A stretch of 64,000 nt of DNA, from the NCBI GenBank assembly GCA_029961055.1, contig JASBVM010000005.1:65487-129486 (forward strand), in the 5' to 3' direction. Origin of the DNA: Bacillota bacterium. Its GTDB lineage: Bacteria > Bacillota > Sulfobacillia > JAIMAT01. Shown here piece after piece: positions 20,405 through 31,247 of the stretch (within the stretch, counting starts at the first letter, position 1; each line of letters begins with the position of its first letter). Both the position numbers and the translations under genes were made by a program. A model generated the notes under the pieces. The model was given only the letters and a program-made list of their open reading frames with translations. It was not told where the DNA came from and did not search any database.

Positions 20405-23206
20405 ATGCAGACCGGGACCCGATCGAGCCGGGCGGCGTCCGCCGCCGCCTGGCATGCCCGATCGTCGGCGGAGGTGCTGGAAGCCTGGGGGACCGATCCG
20501 GAGCGCGGGCTGGACGAGGCCGAGGCGGCCGCCCGCCTCCGGCGCTTCGGTCCCAACAAGTTGCCCGATGAGGCGCCGCCTTCGTGGTGGCGCATCTTCC
20601 TGGCCCAGTTCCAGGATTTCATGGTCCTCCTCCTGGTGGCGGCCACGGGCGTCTCCCTTCTCATGGGCGAGACCGCCGACGCCGTGGTCATCCTCGCCAT
20701 CGTCCTCCTCAACGCGGTCCTGGGAACCTTCCAGGAAGCGCGCGCCGAGCGCTCCCTCTCCCTCCTCAAGGCGCTGACCGCCCCCCAGGTGCGCCTGCTC
20801 CGGCAGGGGCGGGAGGCGACGGTGGCGGCCGAGGAGGTGGTGCCCGGCGACCTCCTGCTGCTGGAGGCGGGCGACCGGGTCGGCGCCGACGCGCGGCTGC
20901 TGCGCACCGCGGCGCTGGAGGCGGACGAGTCCGCCCTGACCGGCGAGAGCCAGCCGGCGGCCAAGCGGGCGGACGCGGAGCTGCCGGAGGCGACGCCGCT
21001 GGGCGAACGCTCCAACATGGTCTACCAGGGGACGGTGATCACCCGCGGGCGCGGGCGGGCCGTGGTGGTGGCCACCGGCCTGGCCACCGAGATCGGGGCC
21101 ATCGCCGGCCTGATCCACCAGTCGGAGGAGGTCCGCACGCCCCTGGAGGAACGGCTGGAGCGTCTGGGGAGGTGGATCGTGGCCGCCTGCCTGGCCATCG
21201 CCGGCGCCACCACCCTGATCGGGATCGCGCGCGGCTACGCGCCGTACGAGATGTTCCTGGCCGGCGTCGGCCTGGCGGTGGCGGCCATCCCCGAGGGGCT
21301 GCCGGCGGTGGTCACCATCACCCTCGCCCTGGGCGTCCAGCGCATGATCCGCCACAACGCCATCGTCCGCCACCTGCCGGCGGTAGAGACGCTGGGCACG
21401 GCCACGGTCATCGCCTCGGACAAGACCGGCACCCTCACCCGGAACGAGATGAGCGTCCGGGAGGTGCGCTGGCCGGGGGGCCGCTGCCTGGTGGACGGGG
21501 TCGGCTACGACCCGAGCCCGTCCGCGGCCCGTCTCGACCTGGAGGGGTCCGGCGGCGAGCCGGCCCTCCGGAGGCTGGCCCTGGCCGCCCTCCTGGCCAG
21601 CGACGCGCGCCTCGAGCGCCGGGAGGAGCGCTGGACCGTGGCGGGTGACCCGACCGAGGGGGCGCTGGTGGCGCTGGCGGGGCGGGTCGGGCTTCCTCCC
21701 GAGGAGAGCCGCGCCGCCTGGCCCCGCCTGGCCGAGCTCCCCTTCGAGGCGGAGCGGCGGGCGATGAGCGTCCTGGTCCGGGCGGAAGGCCGGGAGAGCG
21801 CCGCCCTCTGGCCGGCCCCCGCCGGCTCGCCGCAGGCCGGGGCGGTCCTGCTGGTCAAGGGCGCCCCGGACCGGATCCTGGACTCCTCCCGCTACCTCCT
21901 GGAGGGCGGGCGCTGCCGGCCGCTCACCGCCGAGGCGCGGCGCCGCCTGGCGGCCGGCGCGGAGGAGATGGCGGCCCGGGCGCTGCGCGTCCTGGCCGTC
22001 GGCTACCGTCCTGCCCGCCCGGCGCGGGAGATCGGGGCGGAGGAGGAAGAGGGCCTGGTCTTCCTCGGGCTGGTGGGGATGATCGACCCTCCCCGCCCCG
22101 AGACGGCCGGTGCCGTGGCCGAGTGCAAGGCGGCGGGCATCGGGGTGGCGATGATCACCGGCGACCACCCGGCCACCGCCCTGGCCGTGGCGCGCGAGGT
22201 GGGCATCGCCCACGGGCCGGAGGAAGTCCTCCTGGGCCAGGAGCTGGAGCGACTGGAGGACCGCGAGCTGGAGCGGAGGCTCCGGGTGGTCCGCGTCTTC
22301 GCCCGCGTCAGCCCGGCGCACAAGCTGCGGGTGGTCCGCGCCTTCCAGCGCCTGGGCGCGATCGTGGCCATGACCGGCGACGGGGTGAACGACGCGCCGG
22401 CCGTCAAGCAGGCGGACATCGGCGTGGCCATGGGACGCAGCGGGACCGAGGTGACCCGGGAGGCGGCCGACCTGATCCTGACCGACGACAACTTCGCCAC
22501 CATCGTGGCGGCGGTCCGCGAGGGCCGGACCATCTACGACAACGTGCGCCGCTCCATCCGCTACCTGCTCGCCTGCAACACCGGCGAGCTCCTGGCCATG
22601 TTCGGCGGGATCGTGCTGGGCCTCCCGCTCCCCCTGACGGCCGCGCAGATCCTCTTCGTCAACCTGGTCACCGACGGGCTGCCCGCGGTCGCCCTCAGCC
22701 TGGAGCCGCCGGAGGAGGACGTGATGCGCCGCCCGCCCCGGCCTCCGCGCGAGAGCCTCTTCGCCCGCGGGCTGGGCCGCAGGGTGCTGGAGCGCGGGCT
22801 CTTCATCGGCCTGGCCACCCTGGCGGTCTTCTCCAGCGCCTGGTGGGGGAGTCGCGACCTGGCCCTGGCCCGTACGCTGGCCACCGCCACGCTGGTGCTG
22901 ACCCAGCTGATCCACGCCCTGGAGGTCCGTTCGGAGGAGCGACCCTTCTGGGAGCTGGGGTGGAGCGGCAACCCCCTCCTGCTGGCCGCCGTCGCCTCCT
23001 CCCTCGGCGCCCTCCTCCTCATCCTCTACCTTCCCTGGGCCGCCCGGGCCTTCGAGGTGGTGGCGCCTCCGCCCGCCGGCTGGCTCCCCGTCGCCCTGGC
23101 CGGCCTGGTGGCGCTCCTGCTGGTCTTCCTGGACCACCTGGGCCGCCGGGGCCGGCCCGGGCGCGGGGGCGCCCGGCCTTTCGCCCGCCGCGCCGTGATC
23201 CGCTAA
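20405..23206 (+). CDS. P-type IIA cation (Ca2+) ATPase, YloB-like
   Basis: LTGES, IPEGL, SDKTGTLT, KGAPD, MITGD, TGDGVND; syntenic with yloA/rqcH. Confidence 0.95.
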   Translation: MQTGTRSSRAASAAAWHARSSAEVLEAWGTDPERGLDEAEAAARLRRFGPNKLPDEAPPSWWRIFLAQFQDFMVLLLVAATGVSLLMGETADAVVILAIVLLNAVLGTFQEARAERSLSLLKALTAPQVRLLRQGREATVAAEEVVPGDLLLLEAGDRVGADARLLRTAALEADESALTGESQPAAKRADAELPEATPLGERSNMVYQGTVITRGRGRAVVVATGLATEIGAIAGLIHQSEEVRTPLEERLERLGRWIVAACLAIAGATTLIGIARGYAPYEMFLAGVGLAVAAIPEGLPAVVTITLALGVQRMIRHNAIVRHLPAVETLGTATVIASDKTGTLTRNEMSVREVRWPGGRCLVDGVGYDPSPSAARLDLEGSGGEPALRRLALAALLASDARLERREERWTVAGDPTEGALVALAGRVGLPPEESRAAWPRLAELPFEAERRAMSVLVRAEGRESAALWPAPAGSPQAGAVLLVKGAPDRILDSSRYLLEGGRCRPLTAEARRRLAAGAEEMAARALRVLAVGYRPARPAREIGAEEEEGLVFLGLVGMIDPPRPETAGAVAECKAAGIGVAMITGDHPATALAVAREVGIAHGPEEVLLGQELERLEDRELERRLRVVRVFARVSPAHKLRVVRAFQRLGAIVAMTGDGVNDAPAVKQADIGVAMGRSGTEVTREAADLILTDDNFATIVAAVREGRTIYDNVRRSIRYLLACNTGELLAMFGGIVLGLPLPLTAAQILFVNLVTDGLPAVALSLEPPEEDVMRRPPRPPRESLFARGLGRRVLERGLFIGLATLAVFSSAWWGSRDLALARTLATATLVLTQLIHALEVRSEERPFWELGWSGNPLLLAAVASSLGALLLILYLPWAARAFEVVAPPPAGWLPVALAGLVALLLVFLDHLGRRGRPGRGGARPFARRAVIR

Positions 23207-23238
23207 GATTAGAGGCATCCGACGGGGGGCGGGCGGCG

Positions 23239-24078
23239 TTGCGCTTCGTCAAGATGCACGGACTGGGAAACGACTACGTCTTCGTCGACGCCATCGGGGG
23301 CGGCGTCTCCCCCCTGGAGGAGCCCGGGCTGGCCGGATGGAGCGACGAGCGGCTCCAGCGGCTGGCAGTCGCCGTGGCGGACCGGCACCGGGGGATCGGC
23401 GGCGACGGGCTGATCCTCATGCTCCGCGGCCAGTCGGAGCCGTTCCGCATGCGCATCTTCAACGCCGACGGCAGCGAGGGCGAGATGTGCGGGAACGGCA
23501 TCCGCTGCGTGGCCAAGTACCTCTTCGACGAGGGCTACACCCGCGAGCGGAGCCTGGCCATCGAGACGCGGGCCGGCCTGATCCGGACCGAGGTGGGCGA
23601 GGGTGACCGGCGGAGCCGCCAGGTGCGCGTGGACATGGGACCGCCCCGCTCCATCGAGGAAGCGCGGGAGCTGGAGGCGGCGGGCCGCCGTTGGCGCTAC
23701 CGCTCCGTCTCCATGGGGAACCCCCACGCGGTCATCTTCGTGGACGACCCGGAAGCGGTGGACGTGGCCCGGGTGGGGCCGCAGATCGAGCATCACCCGG
23801 CCTTCCCGGGGCGGACCAACGTGGAGTTCGTCCGCGTCGACTCGCCCGAGCGCCTGACCATGCGGGTCTGGGAGCGGGGTTCGGGGGTCACCCTGGCCTG
23901 CGGGACCGGGGCCTGCGCCAGCGCGGTGGCGGCCGCCCACGAGGGGCGGACCGGGCGGCGGGTGGCGGTGGACCTGCCGGGCGGGCGGCTGGCCGTCGAG
24001 TGGGCCGCCGACGGCCGCGTCTGGATGACGGGGCCGGCCGAGGAGGTCTTCCGCGGCGAGTATCCCATCCCATTCTGA
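23239..24078 (+). CDS. dapF: Diaminopimelate epimerase
   Basis: KMHGLGNDY, NADGSEGEMCGNG, SMGNPH, WERGSGVTLACGTG; TTG start within track ORF 22123..24078. Confidence 0.97.
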   Translation: MRFVKMHGLGNDYVFVDAIGGGVSPLEEPGLAGWSDERLQRLAVAVADRHRGIGGDGLILMLRGQSEPFRMRIFNADGSEGEMCGNGIRCVAKYLFDEGYTRERSLAIETRAGLIRTEVGEGDRRSRQVRVDMGPPRSIEEARELEAAGRRWRYRSVSMGNPHAVIFVDDPEAVDVARVGPQIEHHPAFPGRTNVEFVRVDSPERLTMRVWERGSGVTLACGTGACASAVAAAHEGRTGRRVAVDLPGGRLAVEWAADGRVWMTGPAEEVFRGEYPIPF

Positions 24079-24085
24079 AGCGAGG

Positions 24086-25264
24086 TTGAGGCGGTTGCCC
24101 GAGGTGGCCGCACGACTGGAGAAGATCCCCCCCTATCTGTTCGCCGAACTGGACCGGCAGCGCGAGGAGGCCGTGGCGCGGGGCGTGGACGTGATCGACC
24201 TGGGGATCGGCGACCCGGTCGACCCGACCCCGCCCCAGGTGGTGGAGCGCCTGGCGCAGGCCGCCCGCGACCCGGCCAACCACCGCTATCCGAGCTACCG
24301 GGGCTCGCTCCGCTTCCGGCGCGCCATCAGCGACTGGTACCGCCGCCGCTTCGGCGTCCGGCTCGACCCGGAGCGCCAGGTGATGGCGCTGATCGGCTCC
24401 AAGGAGGGGCTGGCCCACCTGATCTGGGCGTACGCGGGTCCGGGCGACGTGGTCCTGGTGCCCGACCCGGCCTACCCCGTCTACGACGTCCAGACGCGCC
24501 TCGCGGGCGCCGAGCCGTGGCCGCTCCCCCTGGAGCGGGAGCGGGGCTTCCTGCCCGACCTGGCTCAGGTGCCGGAAGAGGTGGCGCGGCGGGCGAAGCT
24601 CCTCTTCCTCAACTATCCGAACAACCCGACGGCGGCCGTGGCGGACCTCGACTTCTGGCGACGGGCGGTGGCCTGGGCGCGGGAGCACGACGTCCTGATC
24701 GCCTCCGATGCGGCCTACGTGGAGAACACCTTCGACGGCTTCCGCGCGCCCAGCGCCCTGGAGGTGCCGGGGGCGGAGGAGTGCACCGTCGAGTTCTACT
24801 CGCTCTCCAAGCCCTTCAACATGACCGGCTGGCGCATCGCCGCGGCGGTCGGGAACGCGGCGGCGGTGGCGGCGCTGGGCCGGCTGAAGACCAACCTCGA
24901 CTCCGGGCAGTTCGGCGCCGTCCAGGAGGCGGCGGTCACCGCCCTGGAGGAGGTCGGCGAGCCCTTCATCGCCGCGATGAACGAGATCTACCGCCGCCGC
25001 CGCGACCGGGCGGTGGCGGCGCTGACCGGAGCGGGGCTGCACGTCGCGCCCAGCCGGGGTACCTTCTACCTCTGGGTCCCGGTGCCGCAGGGCGAGAGCT
25101 CGGCCGGCTTCGCCGCCCGCCTCTTCCGGCAGACGGGCGTGCTGGTGGCGCCGGGCAGCGCCTACGGCCGGCAGGGGGAGGGCTTCTTCCGCATCTCCCT
25201 GACGGTCCCCGACGAGCGGCTGGACCAGGCCATGGCGCGCATCGAGGAAGGGTTCCACGCATGA
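24086..25264 (+). CDS. dapL: LL-diaminopimelate aminotransferase (class I/II)
   Basis: PPYLFAELD, DLGIGDP, IGSKEG, NYPNNPT, SLSKPFNMTGWR; adjacent to dapF. Confidence 0.85.
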   Translation: MRRLPEVAARLEKIPPYLFAELDRQREEAVARGVDVIDLGIGDPVDPTPPQVVERLAQAARDPANHRYPSYRGSLRFRRAISDWYRRRFGVRLDPERQVMALIGSKEGLAHLIWAYAGPGDVVLVPDPAYPVYDVQTRLAGAEPWPLPLERERGFLPDLAQVPEEVARRAKLLFLNYPNNPTAAVADLDFWRRAVAWAREHDVLIASDAAYVENTFDGFRAPSALEVPGAEECTVEFYSLSKPFNMTGWRIAAAVGNAAAVAALGRLKTNLDSGQFGAVQEAAVTALEEVGEPFIAAMNEIYRRRRDRAVAALTGAGLHVAPSRGTFYLWVPVPQGESSAGFAARLFRQTGVLVAPGSAYGRQGEGFFRISLTVPDERLDQAMARIEEGFHA

Positions 25265-26469
25265 GCGAGGAGGTCTACCTGGACCACGCCGCCACCTCCC
25301 CGGTCCGGCCGGAGGCGGCGGAGGTGGTGCGGCGGCTGATGGAGGAGGAGTGGGGCAACCCCTCCTCCGTCCACCGCAAGGGACTTGAGGCCAGGCGGGC
25401 CGTGGAGGAGGCGCGCCAGCAGCTGGCCGCCGTCCTGGCCGCGGAGCCGCGCGAGATCACCTTCACCTCGGGGGCCACCGAGGCGGACAACCTGGCCCTG
25501 CTGGGCGGCGCGGCCGCCCGCCGCGGCTGGGGCCGGAAGATCCTGGTCAGCGCCGTGGAGCACGAGGCGATCCTGCAGCCCGCCGCCCGGCTGGAGCGCG
25601 AGGGCTGGGAGGTGGAGCGTCTTCCTGTCGACCGCGAGGGCCGCCTCCGGCTGGACCGGCTGGAGGCCGCCCTGGACGAGCGGGTGGCCGTCGTGGCGGT
25701 GATGCTGGTCAACAACGAGCTGGGCACCGTGGAACCGGTCGACCAGGTGGGCGCCCTCCTGGCCCGCCGCTTCGGCCACCTGGCGCCCGCCCGGCGACCG
25801 CTCTTCCACGTGGACGCGGTCCAGGGGCTGGGGAAGATTCGCCTGCGGCCGCGCGCCTGGGGGGTGGGCTCCATGGCGCTCAGCGCCCACAAGGTGGGCG
25901 GGCCCAAGGGCGTCGGGGCGATCTGGCTGGCCAAGGAGCTGCGCGTGGAGCCGCTCCTCCTGGGCGGAGGACAGGAGCGGGGGCTCCGCTCGGGCACGGA
26001 GAACACCGCCGGCATCGCCGCCTTCGGGCGCGCGGCGGAGCTGGCGGAGGCGGAGCGGGCGGAGGCGGTCGGCCGGCTGGCGGCCTGGCGCGAGCGGCTG
26101 ATCCGCGGCCTGGAGGAGCTGGGAGGGCGGCTGAACGGGCCGCGTCCGGCCAGCGACGGGGAGCGCCTGGCGGGGGCGGCGCCGCACATCGTGAACGTCG
26201 GTTTTCCCGGCCTGCGGGGAGAGACGCTTCTCCACGCCCTGGAGGCCGAGGGTGTCTACGTCTCCACCGGTTCGGCCTGCACGGCCAGCCGGCCGGAGCC
26301 GAGCCACGTCCTGCTGGCTGCGGGCCTCGAGCCGGCGCTCGCCCAGGGGGCGGTGCGGCTGAGCCTCTCCCCCTGGGCGACGCGGGCGGAGGAGATCGAT
26401 GCGACCCTGGCCGCCTTCGGGCGAGCCCTGGCGATGCTGAGGGGAGCGGTGGGGGAGGTGCGGCGATGA
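25261..26469 (+). CDS. Cysteine desulfurase (IscS/NifZ type, ThiI partner)
   Basis: YLDHAATS, GNPSS, FTSGATE, HVDAVQ, SAHKVGGPKGVG, RSGTEN, STGSAC; ATG 25261. Confidence 0.95.
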   Translation: MSEEVYLDHAATSPVRPEAAEVVRRLMEEEWGNPSSVHRKGLEARRAVEEARQQLAAVLAAEPREITFTSGATEADNLALLGGAAARRGWGRKILVSAVEHEAILQPAARLEREGWEVERLPVDREGRLRLDRLEAALDERVAVVAVMLVNNELGTVEPVDQVGALLARRFGHLAPARRPLFHVDAVQGLGKIRLRPRAWGVGSMALSAHKVGGPKGVGAIWLAKELRVEPLLLGGGQERGLRSGTENTAGIAAFGRAAELAEAERAEAVGRLAAWRERLIRGLEELGGRLNGPRPASDGERLAGAAPHIVNVGFPGLRGETLLHALEAEGVYVSTGSACTASRPEPSHVLLAAGLEPALAQGAVRLSLSPWATRAEEIDATLAAFGRALAMLRGAVGEVRR

Positions 26470-27668
26470 GGCGCCGGCTCCTCCTGCTCCGCTACGGCGA
26501 GATCGGCCTCAAGGGCAAGAACCGGCCCGGCTTCGAACACCAGCTCCGCCGGCAGGTGGCGGCGGCGCTGGCGCGGACGGGGGTCCAGGGGGTGGAGGTC
26601 GCCTGGCGGAACGGCCGGCTCCTGGTGGTGCCGCCGCCCGGCCAGGAAGCCTGGGAGAGGGTGGAGCAGGCGCTCGGCCGGGTCTTCGGCATCGTCTCCT
26701 TCAGCCCGGCGCTGGGGGTCGAGCCGGAGCGCGGGGCGCTGGAGGAGGCGGCGCTGACGGCGCTGGAGGAGGCCCTCCGGGAGGCGGAGGCGCGGGGGCG
26801 GCCGGCGCGCTCCTTCAAGGTGGAGGCGCGGCGGGTGGACAAGCGTTTCCCCCTGGGCTCGCTGGAGATGAACGCCCTCCTGGGCGCCCTCCTCCACGAG
26901 CGCCATCCCGAGCTCCAGGTGGACGTCCACACCCCCGACGTCCGCGTCCAGGTGGAGGTGCGGGAGCGGGAGGCGTACGTCTTCGCCCTCACCCTTCCCG
27001 GACCGGGCGGGTTGCCGCTGGGCGCCAGCGGGCGCGCCATGCTGCTCCTCTCCGGCGGCATCGACAGCCCGGTGGCCGGCTGGATGGCCATGCGCCGGGG
27101 CATCGAGATCGAGGCCGTCCACTTCGAGAGCTTCCCGTACACCAGCGAGCAGGCGCGGGAGAAGGTGCTGGAGCTGGCGCGCATCCTGGCCGGCTGGAGC
27201 GGCGAGATGACCGTCCACGTGGTCCACTTCACCGACATCCAGACCGCCATCTACCGGGAGGCTCCGGCCGAGCTGGGCGTCATCCTGATGCGGCGGGCGA
27301 TGTTCCGCCTGGCGGAGGAGCTGGCGCGGCGGCGGGGCGCGCTGGGGACGGTGACCGGCGAGAACGTCGGCCAGGTGGCCAGCCAGACGCTGGAGAGCAT
27401 GGGCGTGATCAACCGGGTCACCACCCTGCCCGTCCTCCGCCCCCTGATCACCATGGACAAGAGCCAGATCATCGAGGAAGCCAGGCGGATCGGCACCTAC
27501 GAGACCTCCATCCTTCCCTACGCCGACTGCTGCAGCCTCTTCGTCCCCGCCCACCCGGCGACCCGGCCGCGGCTGGCTGAAGTGGAGGGGGCCGAGGCGC
27601 GGATCGACTGGGAGCGCCTCCTGCCGGAGGCGCTGGAAAGGACCGTGGCGGTGAGCGTCCGGCCGTGA
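26466..27668 (+). CDS. thiI: tRNA 4-thiouridine synthase ThiI
   Basis: [17 protein letters not shown] domain, [30 protein letters not shown]. Confidence 0.97.
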   Translation: MRRRLLLLRYGEIGLKGKNRPGFEHQLRRQVAAALARTGVQGVEVAWRNGRLLVVPPPGQEAWERVEQALGRVFGIVSFSPALGVEPERGALEEAALTALEEALREAEARGRPARSFKVEARRVDKRFPLGSLEMNALLGALLHERHPELQVDVHTPDVRVQVEVREREAYVFALTLPGPGGLPLGASGRAMLLLSGGIDSPVAGWMAMRRGIEIEAVHFESFPYTSEQAREKVLELARILAGWSGEMTVHVVHFTDIQTAIYREAPAELGVILMRRAMFRLAEELARRRGALGTVTGENVGQVASQTLESMGVINRVTTLPVLRPLITMDKSQIIEEARRIGTYETSILPYADCCSLFVPAHPATRPRLAEVEGAEARIDWERLLPEALERTVAVSVRP

Positions 27669-27729
27669 CGGCGCCTGGAACGGCGGACCGTCCGGACGTA
27701 TCATTCAGCCAACGAAGGGGAGAGGTTCG

Positions 27730-28044
27730 GTGGAGATCAAGCTCATCAACATCGGCTTCGGCAACATCATCTCGGCCAACCGCGTGATCGCCATCGTCAG
27801 CCCCGAGTCCGCGCCGATCAAGCGGGTGGTGCAGGAGGCGAGGGATGCCGGGCGGCTGATCGACGCCACCTACGGCCGGCGGACGCGGGCGGTGATCATC
27901 ACCGACAGCGAGCACGTGGTGCTCTCCGCCATCCAGCCGGAGACGGTGGCCCACCGCATGCTGACCCGTGAGGGCGCCGCGGAGCGGGAGCCCGTGCCCA
28001 ACTCGGCGCCGGACGCGCTGGTGGAGGTGGATCCGCAGGAGTGA
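27730..28044 (+). CDS. remA: RemA (DUF370) regulator
   Basis: [40 protein letters not shown]; upstream of gmk. Confidence 0.96.
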   Translation: MEIKLINIGFGNIISANRVIAIVSPESAPIKRVVQEARDAGRLIDATYGRRTRAVIITDSEHVVLSAIQPETVAHRMLTREGAAEREPVPNSAPDALVEVDPQE

Positions 28045-28754
28045 GCGGAACGGCCGGCTCGACGGGCGCACCCAGGCCCCGCTTTCCGGGGCTGCTCTTC
28101 GTCCTCTCGGGGCCCAGCGGAGCCGGCAAGGGCTCGGTGAGGAAGGCCTGGCTGGAGCGCCACCCCGACGTCCGCTTCGCCCCCTCGGTGACCACGCGGG
28201 CGCCCAGGACCGGGGAGGAGCCGGGGGTCGACTACCTCTTCCTCGACGAGGAAGGGTTCGAGGACCGGCGGCGCTCGGGCGAGCTGGTGGAGTGGGCGCG
28301 CGTCTTCGACCATGCCTACGGGACGCCGCGGCGCCCCATGGAGGAGTGGCTCGGCCAGGGGGTCGACGTGGTGGTGGAGAAGGATGTCCAGGGCGCCATG
28401 AGCCTCAAGGCCGCCTATCCGGAGGCGGTCTTCGTCTTCATCCTTCCGCCCTCGTTCCAGGAGCTCCGCCGGCGCATGATCCGGCGCGGCACGGAGAGCC
28501 CGGAGGCGAGGGAGATGCGCCTGGCGCACGCCGCCCAGGAGCTGAGCTACATCGGCGAGTACGACTACGCGGTGGTCAACGACCGCGTAGAGCGGGCCGC
28601 GGAGCTGCTGGAAGCGATCCGGCGGGCCGAGCACTGCCGGGCCTGGCGCCAGCTGGCCGACGGATCGCCGCTGGTGCCGGAGGAGGAGAGTTCCGGCGAC
28701 GGGCTGGGTGCGGTGCCGGCACCCGCGCGGCACCAGCCGCAGGGAGAGGGGTGA
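28041..28754 (+). CDS. gmk: Guanylate kinase
   Basis: [35 protein letters not shown]. Confidence 0.97.
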   Translation: MSGTAGSTGAPRPRFPGLLFVLSGPSGAGKGSVRKAWLERHPDVRFAPSVTTRAPRTGEEPGVDYLFLDEEGFEDRRRSGELVEWARVFDHAYGTPRRPMEEWLGQGVDVVVEKDVQGAMSLKAAYPEAVFVFILPPSFQELRRRMIRRGTESPEAREMRLAHAAQELSYIGEYDYAVVNDRVERAAELLEAIRRAEHCRAWRQLADGSPLVPEEESSGDGLGAVPAPARHQPQGEG

Positions 28755-28760
28755 GAAGGG

Positions 28761-28970
28761 TTGGAGGGTCGACTCGACCCGACGCTGGAGGAGGTGCTGG
28801 CGGCCATGCCCCGCAAGTACGCGGTGGTCAACGCGGCCGCCCAGCGGGCGCGCCAGCTCCTGGAGGGGGCGGCGCCGGCGGTCTCCAAGCCCGGCTCGAA
28901 GCCGGTGGTGATCGCCCTCAAGGAGATCGCCGAGGGGAAGGTCAGCTACGAGGTGAGCGAGGGCGAGTGA
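28761..28970 (+). CDS. rpoZ: RNA polymerase omega subunit
   Basis: KYAVVNAAAQRARQL, KPVVIALKEIAEGKV. Confidence 0.95.
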   Translation: MEGRLDPTLEEVLAAMPRKYAVVNAAAQRARQLLEGAAPAVSKPGSKPVVIALKEIAEGKVSYEVSEGE

Positions 28971-31213
28971 ACCGTCGGGCCGGCCAAGCCATGCGCCTGG
29001 CCGCCGTCGCGGTGGACGTGGCCGCGGCCGCCACCGACCGTCTCTTCGACTACTGGATCCCGCCCGAGTGGATCGGCCGGCTGGAGCCGGGCTGGCGCGT
29101 CCGCGTCCCCTTCGGGCACAGCCGGCGGGAGGGCTTTGTCATCGAGCTGCGCCGGGAGCCGTCCGTGCCCGCCTCCCGGGTCCGCTCCATCGCGGCCGTG
29201 CTCGACCCCATGCCGGCCCTGACGCCGGAGGCGCTGGAGCTGGCCCGGTGGCTGGCGCGGGCCTACGGGACCACGCTGGTCCAGGCGCTGCGGGTGATGC
29301 TGCCGGCGGGCCTGCGCGGCGACCGGATCCGGCAGCGGAGCGAAGAGGTGCTCCACCCCGGTCCGGCCTTCGCGGCCGCGGTGGAGGAGGGGCAACGGCT
29401 CTCGGCGGCGCGCCGGCGCGTCCTCGCCCTCCTCCAGGGAGCGCCGGGACCGTGGCGCCGCCCGGAGCTGGAACGGGCCGCCGGGGTGAGCGCCGCCACC
29501 CTCCGGCTGATGGTCAGGGCCGGCCTCCTGTCCGTGGAGCGGCGTCCCCTTCCTCGCAGCCCGCAACCCGCCCCGGTCGCCGGGGACGAGCGGCGCCCCG
29601 AGCTGACGCCGGATCAGGCGGAAGCGGTCGCGGCCGTGCGCCGCGCCCTGGCGGAGGGGCTTCCCACGGTCTTCCTGCTGGAGGGCGTGACGGGGAGCGG
29701 CAAGACGGAGGTCTACCTGCGCGCCCTGGAAGCCGTCCTGGAGGCCGGCCGGCAGGCCATCGTCCTGGTGCCGGAGATCGCTCTCACCCCCCAGACGGTG
29801 GCCCGCTTCCGCGGGCGCTTCGGCGACGGGGTGGCCGTCTTCCACAGCGGCCTCAGCGACGGCGAGCGGTACGACGAGTGGTGGCGGGTCCGCCGGGGCG
29901 AGGCCAGCCTGGTGGTGGGCGCCCGCTCGGCGGTCTTCGCCCCCTGCCAGCGCCTGGGCCTGATCGTGGTCGACGAGGAGCAGGAAGCCAGCTACAAACA
30001 GGAAGAGACGCCCCGCTACCACGCCCGCTCGGTGGCGCTCGAGCGGGCCCGGCGCGCCCGCTGCCCGGTCATCCTGGGCAGCGCCACGCCGGCGCTGGAG
30101 TCGATGGCCGAGGCGGCGCGCGGTCACTACCACCTCCTCCGGCTTCCCACCCGGGTCAACGGCCGGCCGCTCCCCGCGGCCGAGGTGGTGGACATGCGCA
30201 AGGAGCTGGCGGAGGGGAACCGCTCGCTCTTCAGCCGCCGGCTGGCCGAGGCGCTCGACGAGACGCTGGCCCGCGGGGAGCAGTCGGTCCTCCTGCTCAA
30301 CCGGCGAGGCTTTCACACCTTCGTCCTCTGCCGGGAGTGCGGCTACGTCCTGCGCTGCCCGCACTGCGCCGTCTCGCTGGCCTACCATGCGGACCAGCAG
30401 CTGCTCCGCTGCCACTACTGCGGCTGGGCGGAGCGCCCTCCGTCCCGCTGCCCGGGTTGCGGCGGCACCGCCCTGGGCTACCATGGCTCAGGCACGCAGC
30501 GCGTGGAGGAAGAGCTGGCCCAGCGCTGGCCGGGTGCGCGGGTGCTGCGCATGGACGCCGACAGCACCGTCCGGAAGGGCGCCCACGAGGCGATCTACCG
30601 CCGCTTCCTGCGGGGCGAGGCGGACATCCTGGTGGGGACGCAGATGGTGGCCAAGGGCTGGGACGTGGGCGGGGTGACGCTGGTCGGCGTGATCAATGCC
30701 GATACGGCGCTCAACCTGCCCGACTTCCGCGCGGCGGAGCGGACCTTCCAGCTGCTCACCCAGGCGGCCGGCCGGGCCGGCCGCGGCGACCGGCCCGGCC
30801 GGGTGGTGATCCAGAGCTTCGCGCCGGAGCACTACGCCATCCAGGCGGCGCTGCGGATGGACCCCGAGGCCTTCGCGCGGCTGGAGCTGCCGGTCCGGCG
30901 GGAGCTGGGGTATCCTCCCTATCGCCGCCTGGTCCGTCTCCTGGCGCTGGCGGCCAGGCCGCAGGAAGCGGAGCAGGCGGCGGAGGCGGTGGCGCGCCGG
31001 CTGCGCGCGTCGTTGCCGCCCGGCGCCCGCCTGATCGGACCGAGCGAGGCGCCGCTGGGCAGGCTGAAAGGGCAGAGCCGCTGGCACCTGCTGCTCAGCG
31101 GCGAGCGGGTGGGGGCGCTGCGGGACGCGGCCTTGGCCGCCGTCGCCGAGGCCGGCCGGGCCGCGGGCGAGGTGCGACTCCTGGTCGACGTCGACCCGGT
31201 CTCGCTCCTGTAG
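28967..31213 (+). CDS. priA: Primosomal helicase PriA
   Basis: DRLFDY, VRVPFG, GVTGSGKTEVY, LVPEIALTPQ, VDEE, four CxxC, GTQMVAKG, QAAGRAGR, VDVDP; start GTG 28967 or ATG 28991. Confidence 0.97.
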   Translation: MNRRAGQAMRLAAVAVDVAAAATDRLFDYWIPPEWIGRLEPGWRVRVPFGHSRREGFVIELRREPSVPASRVRSIAAVLDPMPALTPEALELARWLARAYGTTLVQALRVMLPAGLRGDRIRQRSEEVLHPGPAFAAAVEEGQRLSAARRRVLALLQGAPGPWRRPELERAAGVSAATLRLMVRAGLLSVERRPLPRSPQPAPVAGDERRPELTPDQAEAVAAVRRALAEGLPTVFLLEGVTGSGKTEVYLRALEAVLEAGRQAIVLVPEIALTPQTVARFRGRFGDGVAVFHSGLSDGERYDEWWRVRRGEASLVVGARSAVFAPCQRLGLIVVDEEQEASYKQEETPRYHARSVALERARRARCPVILGSATPALESMAEAARGHYHLLRLPTRVNGRPLPAAEVVDMRKELAEGNRSLFSRRLAEALDETLARGEQSVLLLNRRGFHTFVLCRECGYVLRCPHCAVSLAYHADQQLLRCHYCGWAERPPSRCPGCGGTALGYHGSGTQRVEEELAQRWPGARVLRMDADSTVRKGAHEAIYRRFLRGEADILVGTQMVAKGWDVGGVTLVGVINADTALNLPDFRAAERTFQLLTQAAGRAGRGDRPGRVVIQSFAPEHYAIQAALRMDPEAFARLELPVRRELGYPPYRRLVRLLALAARPQEAEQAAEAVARRLRASLPPGARLIGPSEAPLGRLKGQSRWHLLLSGERVGALRDAALAAVAEAGRAAGEVRLLVDVDPVSLL

Positions 31214-31247
31214 AGGCCAGCCAGGGAAGGAGTCGGATGGTGGAGGT

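Noticed and set aside
27968..31213. Apparent N-terminal extensions or fusions in the ORF track (priA 1081 aa, pyrR 518, dapF 651, desulfurase 650, pknB 804, cydA 821, livK 748, APC 746)
   Set aside because: The extensions overlap other real genes in a different frame or strand; internal starts give normal lengths, unlike Def-Fmt where both halves are genuine domains.
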